A DNA stretch of 64,000 nucleotides, from assembly GCF_963921235.1 (NCBI RefSeq), contig NC_086097.1, positions 210,120,001 through 210,184,000 of the forward strand, read 5' to 3'. The notes beneath the pieces are model-generated. The model did not search any database and had not been told where the DNA came from. It saw only the letters and a program-made list of their open reading frames with translations. Made by a program: the position numbers and the translations under genes. Shown piece after piece: positions 1-64,000 of the stretch. How positions within the stretch are numbered: the stretch's first letter is position 1; the number at the start of each line of letters is the position of its first letter. This DNA comes from Mobula hypostoma. Taxonomy: Eukaryota.

Positions 1-632
1 GAAAGCACAGCAGTGTCTCCATTTTCTGAGGAGATTGAGATGAGTGAGGCTCCCTTCCACCCCCCTCCCCGCCCCCCCCCCAAGCATTCTAAGCCCAGTT
101 TTACAGCAGCAGTACTGTGAATGTCCTGGCCAACTGCATCACCATCTCACCACTTGGTACGGGAATCGCAAGGCACCTCACTGCAGGTCCCTACAAAGGA
201 TAGAGAGGACTGCTGATAAGACCAGCAGGGTCCCTCTTTCACCCAACAGAAATATTTATCAAGAGTGCTGCGCATGCAGGGAACTTAGTATTATCCATGA
301 GCCCTCCCATCCGTCCAACAATCTCTTTGACTCCTTACTGTCAGGATGTTAGGATAGGAAATGGCTTCTTCCCCCAGGCTGTAAAGGCACTGAACTCCCT
401 GTCACCAACCAGGTTCCATCACGTATGACATCCCAGTAGCGTTATATTGTTTACATTTTTAATTGTCTCAGAAATGTAACTTATTATTTGTTAATTTATC
501 TCTGCTAATACTGCCTTGTGTTGTGTGTGTAAGTTCTATGCACTTACACACACAACACACACCTGGGTCCAGAGGAACGCTGTTCCGTTTGGCTGTATAA
601 ATGTGTATGGTTGAATGTCGATAAACTGAACT
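1..632 (+). mobile_element. Rex/Babar-type LINE 3' fragment, decayed
   Basis: Starts KAQQCLHFLRRLR; ORF 44..352 has HLTTWYGN...LQRIERTADK, typical of the post-RT region, followed by a 3' tail. Confidence 0.7.
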
Positions 633-1090
633 ATTTGCATCATAATAGAAATGTCCCCACACTCTCAGTGACCATAAAACATGTTTTACTATCACTTGTT
701 CAAATGAAAGGTGCAGGTTCTTCATGGCAAAAGAAGGTTTTCATGAGACCGAGACCTGGATTGGTACAGCTAAGAAGGAATGGAGTGGCACCACGGTTGA
801 TTTTACAAGGGAATCCCTTTAAAGCATCCCCTTGACCCTTGCTCTAAACCTCTTTCTACCCACACATATGTTTTCAGTTACTGTCTGTTGTGTAAGGAGA
901 TGATAATGTATTAGACTAGCCATTCCTACATTTTTGTTAGGATGCCATTTCTCCTATGCTTTCCACTGACTTGTGTTGCTAGAGCCTTGCTATGTTACTT
1001 GGCCGGAGGTCACTGTCTAATTATGGTAGTAGATTTATAATAGAAGTGACCAGACACACCACTTGAAATGTCTAGTAGGTGGTTGTTTTA

Positions 1091-1397
1091 TAGGCATCCG
1101 TTAGTCTCATGAGACCATGGATTTGCGCCTTGGAAGGTTTCCAGGGCACAGGCCTGGGCAAGGTTGTATGGAAGACCGGCAGTTGCCCATGCTGCGTCTC
1201 GCTCCCCTCTCCACGCCACCGATATTGTCCAAGGGAAGGGCATTAGGGTCGATACAGCTTGGCACCAGTGTTGCCGCAGAGCACTGTGTGGTTAAGTGCC
1301 TTGCTCAAGGACATACACGCTACCTCACCCAAGGCTCGAACTTGTGACTTTCAAATCAGTAGATTAACGCCTTAACTACTTGGTCACGCGCCAACAC
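1091..1397 (-). mobile_element. tRNA-headed CORE-type SINE with RTE-like tail
   Basis: Minus strand has A/B-box-like head (tggcgcgtgaccaagtagttaagg...gttcgagcc), a CORE-like segment (gtccttgagcaaggcacttaacc) and an RTE-like 3' end. Confidence 0.7.
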
Positions 1398-1583
1398 TGT
1401 GAAGCTATGAGAAATGTTCAACACATCTTGACATCTCCTTATTCTTGTCAATGAGATTTATTTCACCATTGCAGAACTTGAGGGTGAATTTAGTGCTGGT
1501 TGGACCAAAATTTGCTTCAGGCTGCCAAGCCTGACTATTAGATTTCAGTGTCTGAAAATACAGTATCTATTGTTGGAGGTTAA

Positions 1584-55917
<54,334 letters not shown>

Positions 55918-56700
55918 AAGAAATTAAAATGGAAAAATCAAATTAGCAGATTAAACCTGTATATCACAATTCTACATGAAGAAGCCACCTATGATGATTT
56001 TGAGGATCACCGGCATTATTTTGGAGAAATGCAGAGAAGTTGACCTATGACCCTCATCTCTAAATCCAATGGTCTGATTATTAACAAATCGCTTTTATGG
56101 GCATTTGCTGTGCACGTTCACTCCTGCACAGTTCACTCCTGCAATTGCTGCAACAGTGACTACATTTGAAAAGCAATTCATTGTCTGTGAAACATTTATG
56201 AAAATCCTGAAGTTCAAAACAGCACTATGTATATAGCCTTTCTTTCTTCCTTGAGCAAACAGAATGTTAGGCAACATCAACAAAATAAGACCACACCCAC
56301 TCGCACTATCTCTTCTATGCAAAACTTAATCTAGGCTGGTATGAAGGCTGACTGCTCTGAAGAGCAATGGATGGAAGCAGAAGTTGTATCAACATGTTCT
56401 GAAATTCATTTATGAAAACAGTGCCAGTTGCAAATAAATTTCTAATGCAAGATGGCTAGCCGGGTGGGGGTATAGTGAACTCCAGGTGATTGATATTTAA
56501 TCTTTGATCCTAATCACTACACAGCTCTCCCATGATACCCACATGGTACTTCACAGAAACAGAGAAGTCCTGCAGATATGTCTCAAATTTGGACCTAGCT
56601 GGATGAGTGATACACAGTAGCCAAAGGTGGCTCGTGGGTACTTTAACTGTCAGTGGAAGTTTGCCAGTACTTCATTCATAATAGTTGTTATACCTTATCC

Positions 56701-56779
56701 CAGGGTGTCCCAACCTGGGATTCATGGACCCCTTGCTTAATCATATTGGTCCATGGCATAAAAAAGGTTGGGAACCCTG
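56701..56779. mobile_element. 79-bp hAT/Charlie-type MITE in the LYN 3' UTR
   Basis: TIRs cagggtgtcccaacct / aggttgggaaccctg; 8-bp TSD ccttatcc / ccttatgc. Confidence 0.85.
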
Positions 56780-57938
56780 CCTTATGCCAACAACTAAAAA
56801 TGGGGCACTCATGGCTCATAAATGTGTAAAGTCAGCAGGCCTTTCCAATTTAGGAAATAAATATTGTAATAAAAACTGATATGATAGAGGAAAGTTTTAC
56901 TAGTAATCATTGCCATATCTAGAAATAATCAATTAAAAGCAACGACAATCGTCAGTTTGACGATTCCAGAAGATTCAGGTATATTTCAGAACTTATTTTC
57001 TGTAATTCTATTCATTTATAATTTGGCTATCCAAATGAATCAAAAGCTGTTCTGTTTACACAGACTTTGTAATATTCAACAAAGCATTCTATTTAACCTG
57101 CAATTACTGACTAACTAAGAATACAGAAAGTGTGAGGCAAATATGAGGATTGTTTTTATGGTATTAGTATGCTGAGTCGTGTATTTAAAAGAAAAAGACA
57201 GATCTTGTTTTTAAAAAAAAGTAAAGAGGTAGCACCTCCATTCCTGATTTTATTGGAGTGAAAATGTTGATTTCTCCACATGGCACCTATTAAAAAGGTA
57301 TCATTTAAGAAATGTTACTGCATATAGATTTTATAATTGTGTGATGAGCAAAGTCCTCAAATAGTACAACAATAAATCCAAACTCTGATAGAAAAAAAAA
57401 TAAATCACATTGACTATAGTACAGAGGGTGAATTGCCTATGCATTACATTTATAAAAGATTTTGTATTATTCACTAATTCCATCTGTCTCCGCTACTAAC
57501 CATTCTCCTCAAGATTAGGATATATAAACTTTCAAAAGATAACATCCTGGAATTTAAAGTCCAGCTCTACATTTCAGAAATGAATTGGGTCAGATTCTTT
57601 ACAATGTAAAATGTTCGTGTCAGGTTAGGTGAAAAAAAAAAATCACTCCAAAAAGCCTGTTCAATATTTCCATTATATAAATGTCTATGGAATTGAGATG
57701 AATTGTGAAACAAATGTGCATTTTTCAATCCAGTGAACTTCCAGAGAAAAAAAAAATGTGTAAGGTGTCTCTGGATTTATATGAAGAGAAAACGTAGCCT
57801 TTTCCGTTCCAGACGAACTGAAATACCATTTTCATGTATCGGGTATAGCAAAAGACTTTTAATGAAACTGTTAATTCTTATATTGTAAATGTGCAATAGT
57901 TTGTAATGCTTTCTTTATTTTCCTGTTGTGCAAAAACC

Positions 57939-57980
57939 AATAAATTATAAATTTGTAACATGGACAATGGATATAATAAA
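57939..57980 (+). terminator. Candidate polyadenylation signals AATAAA at 57939-57944 and 57975-57980
   Basis: Tandem hexamers after a TGTA-rich segment and before T-rich sequence; other AATAAA occur earlier in the UTR. Confidence 0.45.
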
Positions 57981-59009
57981 GGCATCTGCCCAAGTATTTT
58001 TAGTATACTTCCTGGCAAAATACAACTTGTATTTTCAAAAAAATTTATATATTTAAAAAGTCTTATAAATAAATTAGGACGTTTCCACTTGTCCAAAGAG
58101 GATAAATAACAGTGATTCAATATAATACAGTATTTTAAATAGTCAGATTGATTAATTCAGACCTATGACATGAAATTTGTTGTTTTGCAGGAGCAGTACA
58201 GTGCAAAGTTCCATAAATTACGAAAAATAAATGCCACAATTAAAGGAATAATGAGGTTGTGTTTGTGGGTTAGTAGATCATTCAGAAATTTTATGGTAGA
58301 GAGAAAGAAGCTGTTTCTGAAATGTTTGTTCCAGAAGTGAATATCAATTGGACGAAACTTAAATTAGTCCACATACTGAGCATGCACAGAGCTTGCAAAA
58401 TCAATCAATAACAACTTATCACAATGTCCAAGCCAAAGGCTGAGGTGACCAATGAGCCGAAGTAGTCTGTAAAGTTGGTAGCGTGCAAGATTGACATTAC
58501 GGGTAGCAAGTGATGTCGCAAATTATAATCACTATCGTTCAATACCAGTCCCTTTTTTTAAAAAAAATTACAGAAGTCTTTTTAAATTCCAGCTTCAGAA
58601 AAATCATGTTTAAAGAATTATAAATCCATAACCTATCTGTGGAGTGAAGCAAGTCACCTAACCTTGAAGACTATAAATTGCTTGTAACTAGTCTAATATC
58701 GAAAAGTTACAAGAAACACACCCCATCAAAGTATGCCATGTTTTAAATGTTGCAGACAGGAAGTGTGGATGTTTTCCACCTAGCACAAATGTTAGCAGTA
58801 CTTATCGGAATGTGGTGGCTGAAGTTTTCTTTAAATTCATTCAAGGAATGTGAGCTTCGCAGGTTGAGTCAGGATGCAAGCTTTCTTCTTGAACTGCTGC
58901 AGTCCTTGAGGGCCATTAATATGTGGAGGGTGTTCCACAATTTCGGCTCAGAGGAGGAGCAATGATACATTTCCATTTCAGAATGACATGTGAATTGGAG
59001 GGCACCTTA

Positions 59010-59265
59010 TAGAGTTATAGAGCACTACAGCACAGAAACAGGCCCTTTTGAGCGGTCTATCACAAACTGTTATTCTGCCAAGCCCCATCAACCTGCACCT
59101 GAACCTGAACCATGGCCCTCCGTACCCCTCTCATCCATGTACTTACCCAAATTTCTCCTAAATGTTGAAATCAAACATGTAGCCACCATTTGAACTGGGA
59201 GCTCGTTCCACACTCTCACCACCCTCTGATTGAAGAAGCTCCTCCCTCAGGCACCATTCAACTAT
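59010..59265 (-). mobile_element. CR1 3' end
   Basis: acagcacagaaacaggccc tail; catccatgtacttacccaaa; ttccacactctcaccaccctctg. Confidence 0.7.
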
Positions 59266-60104
59266 TTCTAGTTGGTATTGCTCCCAGGATTTTGCCAGCC
59301 TTGCCCCTTCCAGCATGTAGAAGCCATGGGTTTGGGAGGTGCCATGCAAGGAGTCAGCCGAGTTGTTGAAATGCACCCGACAGATGGTACAAACTGCTGC
59401 TGCTCTGCATCAGTGCTGAAGTGTGTGAATAATGATGGATGGGGTTCCTGCAAAAGAGGCTGCTGTAGCCTGTATGATACTAAGCTTATTGAGAGTTGTT
59501 GAAGTTACACTCATCCAGGTAAATGGGAAGGACTCAATCACAATCCTGCCTTGACCCTTGCAGATGGCAAACGATCTTTGCGGAGTGAATTACTCACTGC
59601 TGGATTCCCTGCCCACGACTTGCTCTTGTTGGCATATCTTGGAGAGGTACAGTTCAGTGTTGAGAAATATTTTCACAGACTTGTGGAAAGCAAAGTGCCA
59701 GATCTGAACTAATTCTATTTATTTCAATGAAACATGGCTGCCTTTCTTTTACAAGCGTCGATTCTGTGATGTAGGACAAAGAAAATCTATTTAAAAGCAT
59801 TTCAAAAGCAAAGGCACTGGCAAGAGTATGTGTTACATTACTGTGCAGTTACCACTCATTAGTGGTGGGCAGTTATGAGTGACTGAAAAACTACAGAGTT
59901 TTGCTTTGAGCAGGAAGACGTGAAGGTGTGAGCTAATCTATTGAATATTGAATGAACTAGACAGAGTGGATATGGGGAGGATGTTTCCTATAGTGGGTGG
60001 GTCTAGGTCAGAGGGCACAGCCTCAGAAGAGAGGGCCATTTATTTAGAACAAAGATAAGGAATTTCTTTAGCCAGACAGCAGTGAATCTGTGGAATACAG
60101 ATGC

Positions 60105-60900
60105 AGATAGTTAGGGGTGCAGATAGGAGGTTCTGTGGTCGGGACAGAGAATCCAGGATGGTTTGTTGCCTCCCGGGTGCCAGGGTCAAGGATGTCTCTG
60201 ATTGCTTGCATGACATTCTGAAGTGGGAGGGTGATCAGCCAGATGTCGTGGTGCACATCGGTACCAATGACATAGCAAGGAAGAGTGAGGAGGTCCTGGA
60301 GAGTGAGTATAGAGAGCTTGGTAGGAAGTTGAAAAGCAGGAGCTCAAGGGTGGTAATCTCTGGATTGCTACCTGTGCCACGTGCCAGTGAGGGTAGGAAT
60401 AGGATGCTCTGGAGGATGAACAAGTGGCTGAGGAACTGGTGTAGGGGGCAGGGTTTCAGATTTCAGGATAATTGGGACCTCTTCTGGGGCAGGCGGGACC
60501 TGTACAAGAGAGATGGGTTACACTTGAACTACAGGGGGACCAATATCCTTTCAGGGACGTTTGTTAATGCTATTGGGGGGGCTTTATACTAGATTTGCAG
60601 GGGGATGGCTACCAAAGTGCCAGAGCTGACAGTGTGGCTGGGGTGAAAATAAATGATGTTAAAAGTTCAAGCAAATCCACTAATAGAAAGGTTGTGAGTG
60701 GTGGTAAAAATCTTCTGAGGTGTATACATTTCAATGCTAGGAGTATTGGGGGGAAGGCGGATGAGTGGAGGGCGTGGATTGACACGTGGAATTATGGCGT
60801 TGTAGCAATTAGTGAAACTTGGCTACAGGAGGGGCAGGACTGGCAGCTTAATATTCCAGGGTTCCGATGTTTCAGATGTGATCGAGGCAGAGGAATGAAA
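60105..60900 (+). mobile_element. CR1 5' fragment: ORF1 SGNH esterase and start of ORF2 endonuclease
   Basis: ORF 60101..60592 VCCLPGARV..VVVHIGTND..RDGLHLN; 60595.. CIHFNARSI..AISETWL..IPGFRCFR. Confidence 0.92.
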
Positions 60901-60910
60901 GTTGGGGGAG

Positions 60911-60990
60911 ATCTGATGAAGGGTCTCAGCCCAAAAAGTCAACTGCTTATTCCCCTCCGTACATGCTGCCTGAATATAATGAGTATTTTT
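60911..60990 (+). mobile_element. Penelope terminal fragment, degenerate hammerhead
   Basis: ctgatgaagggtctcagcccaaaaagtcaact...tgctgcctga. Confidence 0.6.
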
Positions 60991-61834
60991 GGAATAAGTT
61001 GTGAGTTTTTTTTTGTGACTAGCCAATTTAACTTTAATTTTTAAATCTTTAATAGTGTGACAGTCAAAATATTAAAAATTATTCAAAAGCATTCACAGAT
61101 TTAAAAGTTTAGCTATGCAATTCAGTCTGGGAGCATTGCACATCTAGCTGCCGAAACCATTCTGGAAACAAGGATTGCTACCTGTGGTTGAACGATTGTG
61201 CATTGATCAAGGCCTCAGCCATTCAGGTGGACCAAGCGGGCACTGGGTTATCCAATCCAGGGGTGCGCAGACTACAGCACAATAAGTGCTTGCTCTGAGC
61301 ATGGAGATTTGTTTAGAAGTCTTTGAGACCAGATCCAGAGCATTTTTTTTGAAAAATGCCTTGATTCTACCTTACAGCTCCCCAAACCCAAATTCCATAC
61401 ACTTATTGTTGCAATGCAATTTGCATTCAGTGTGAATTTGTAGCAATTTCAGTACAATTTAAAGGAAATATTACGTGCAATATTTACAGACCAGTTACAT
61501 CAGCCAAAGTCAAAAATAGAAATTCCACTAGACTCTTTTCTATCAAGTCTGAATATTCTTTGCAGTCAAGGCAAACTGGTTGATGCTGCCTTCCTACCAA
61601 ATACTGTATATGCAGAGGGAAATTTAACTACCACTGTATCAGCAGAAGACTTAAACTTGCAGAGATGATGATGAAGCCCTAACAAACCAGCTCTTGGTTT
61701 TATTTTCTATGGAAGCAAAGTTAGGAAAATTTCTATAATAACCTGGTATTGCAAAATGGGGTATTTTATGCTGCTGTGGCTAAGAGGCAGTTCAACAGAC
61801 ATTAAATCATCAAATTTAATGATTTGAACAAATG

Positions 61835-63956
61835 GGGAGGTTTGCTAAGGCTACTGGGAGAGAGTTTAAACGAGAATTCTTGGGGGGTGGGAACCGAACT
61901 GAAGAGACTGGGGAAGAGGCAGTTGGCTCACAAATAGAGAAAGCTTGGAGACAGTGTGTGAGGGAGGATAGGCAGGTGATAGAGAAAGGACGCGCTTAGA
62001 TGGATGGTTTGAGATGTGTCTATTTTAACGTAAGGAGTATTGTGAACAAAACGGATGAGCTTAGAGCGTGGATCAGTACTTGGAGCTATGATGTGGTGGC
62101 CATTACAGAGACCTGGATGGCTCAGGGACAGGAAGGGTTACTTCAAGTGCCGGGTTTTAGATGCTTCAGAAAGGACAGGGAGAGAGGCAAAAGAGGTGGG
62201 GTCGTGGCACTGTGGATCAGAAATAGTGTCATGGCTGCAGAAAAGGTAGACTTCATGGAGGGATTGTCTACTGTGTCTCTGTGGGTGGAGGTTAGGAACA
62301 GGAAGGGGTCAATAACTTAACTGGGTGTTTTTTTTAAATAGGCCGCCCAATAGTAACGGGGATATCGAGGACCAGGTAGGGAAACAGATCCTGGAAAGGT
62401 GCAATAATAACAGAGTTGTCGTGATGGGAGATTTTAATTTCCCAAATATTGATTGGCAGCTCCCTAGAGCAAGGGGTTTAGATGTTCAGGGGATATTTGT
62501 GTGGAGTTCTGCATAGGTACGTTCCAATGAGACAGGGAAGTTATGGTAGGGTACAGGAACCGTGGTGTACAGAGGCTGTAATAAATTTAGTCAAGAAGAA
62601 AATAACAGCTTACAAAAGGTTCAGAGAGCTAGGTAATGTTAGAGATCTAGAAAACTTGCAGTAGACTGAAAAGCTTGAGTTTGTAGATATTAGGAAAAAG
62701 GATGTGCTGGAGCTTTTGGAAAGCATCAAGTTCGGTAAGTCGCCAGAACCCAGTGAAGTGTACCCCAGGCTACTCTGGGAGGCGAGGGAGGACATTGTTG
62801 AGTCTCTGGCGATGATCTTTGTATCATCAACGGGGACGGGAGAGGTTCCGGAGGTTTGGAGGGTTGCAGATGTTGTTCCTTTATTCAAGAAAGTGAGTAG
62901 AGATAGCCCAAGAAATTATAGACCAGTGAGTCTTACTTCAGTGGTTGGTAAGTTGATAAAGAAGATCCTGAGAGGCAGGATTTATGAACATTTGAAGAGG
63001 TATAATATGATTAGGAATAGTCAGCATGGCTTTCTCAAGGGCAGGTCGTGCCTTACGAGCCTAATTGAATATTTTTGAGGATGTGACTCAGCACATTGAT
63101 GAAGGTAGAGCAGTAGATGTAGTGTATATGGATTTCAGCAAGGCATTTGACAAGGTACCCCATGCAAGGCTTATTGAGAAAGTAAGGAGGCATGGGATCC
63201 AAGGGGATATTGCTTTGTGGATCCAGAACTGGCTTGCCCACAGTGGTTGTAGACGGGTCATATTCTGCATGGAGGTCGGTGACCAGTTGTGTGCCTCAGG
63301 GATCTGTTCTGGGACCATTTACTCTTCATGAATTTTATAAATGACATGGATGAGGAAGTGGAGGGATGGGTTAGTAAGTTTGCTGATGACACAAAGGTTG
63401 GAGGTGTTGTGGATAGTGTGGAAGGCTGTCAGAGGTTACAGCGGGACATTGACAAGATGCAAAACTGGGCTGAGAAGTGGCAAATGGAGTTCAACCCAGA
63501 TAAGTGTGAAGTGGTTCATTTTGGTAGGTCAAACTGATGGCAGAATATAGTATTAATGGTAAGACTCTTGTCAGTGTGGAGGATCAGAGGGATCTTGGGG
63601 TCCGAGTCCATAGGACACTCAAAGCTGCTGTGCAGGTTGACTCTGTGGTTAAGAAGGCATCAATTGGCCTTCACCAATCGTGGGTTTGAGTTTAGCAGCC
63701 AATAGGTAATGTTGCAGCTATATAGGACCCTGATCAGACCCCACTTAGAGTACTGTGCTCAGATCTGGTCGCCTCACTACAGGAAGGATGTGGAAGCCAT
63801 AGAAAGGGTGCAGAGGAGATTTACAAGGATGTTGCCTGGTTTGGGAAGCATGCCTTATGAAAACAGGTTGACTGAACTCAGCCTTTTCTCCTTGGAGTGA
63901 CGGAGGATGAGAGGTGACCTGATAGAGGTGTGTAAGATGATGAGAGGCATTGATCC
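61835..63956 (+). mobile_element. CR1 ORF2 (EN-RT) with internal deletions and frameshifts
   Basis: CVYFNVRSI, AITETW, MGDFNFPNIDW, NYRPVSLTSVVGK, DFSKAFDKVPH, KFADDTK. Confidence 0.93.
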
Positions 63957-64000
63957 AGCAGAACAACATGAGAGAGGTCTGGAGGGGGAATGAGGACCAT

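Larger units (their letters stand above)
55918..58000 (+). other. LYN: Probable LYN 3' UTR (about 2 kb)
   Basis: Repeat-poor AU-rich stretch after the stop, ending in two AATAAA hexamers; the end is inferred. Confidence 0.55.

Noticed and set aside
1325..1397. tRNA gene on minus strand
   Set aside because: Degenerate tRNA-like head continuous with a SINE body; no convincing cloverleaf or terminator.
56111..56143. Duplicated gttcactcctgca in the 3' UTR
   Set aside because: Small local tandem duplication with no supportable function.
60101..60592. SGNH/GDSL esterase as a host gene (also 46950..47522)
   Set aside because: Directly followed by CR1 endonuclease sequence; this is CR1 ORF1.

Overview
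Vertebrate genomic DNA, AT-rich and repeat-dense. The repeat mix (V-SINE/HE1-like SINEs, many CR1 LINEs, Penelope-like elements, Rex/Babar LINEs) points to a cartilaginous fish, probably a ray (inference). The only host gene I can support is the Src-family tyrosine kinase LYN on the + strand. Nine coding exons (99, 104, 150, 153, 183, 77, 154, 132, 203 nt; 1664..55917) splice with GT-AG boundaries into one open frame covering the C-terminal SH3 half, SH2, the kinase domain and the tail [11 protein letters not shown]. The first coding exons lie upstream of the window, and a 3' UTR of about 2 kb follows the stop. Most of the rest is decayed transposon sequence, often nested. Most notable points: (1) the kinase gatekeeper codon reads Ala rather than the Thr typical of Src-family kinases; (2) a hAT element resembles my recollection of mammalian Charlie4a, a horizontal-transfer candidate, with a related 79-bp MITE in the 3' UTR; (3) Penelope termini carry minimal hammerhead ribozymes, and the only core-intact copy is antisense to LYN; (4) a fold-back mariner MITE is built from two transposase 3' ends; (5) inverted CR1 copies flank four kinase exons that would circularise into a stop-free 546-nt frame. 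Repeat boundaries are by eye and approximate, and family names come from recalled motifs, not searches. I found no CRISPR, rRNA or bona fide tRNA gene, and cannot claim a wholly new biological system.
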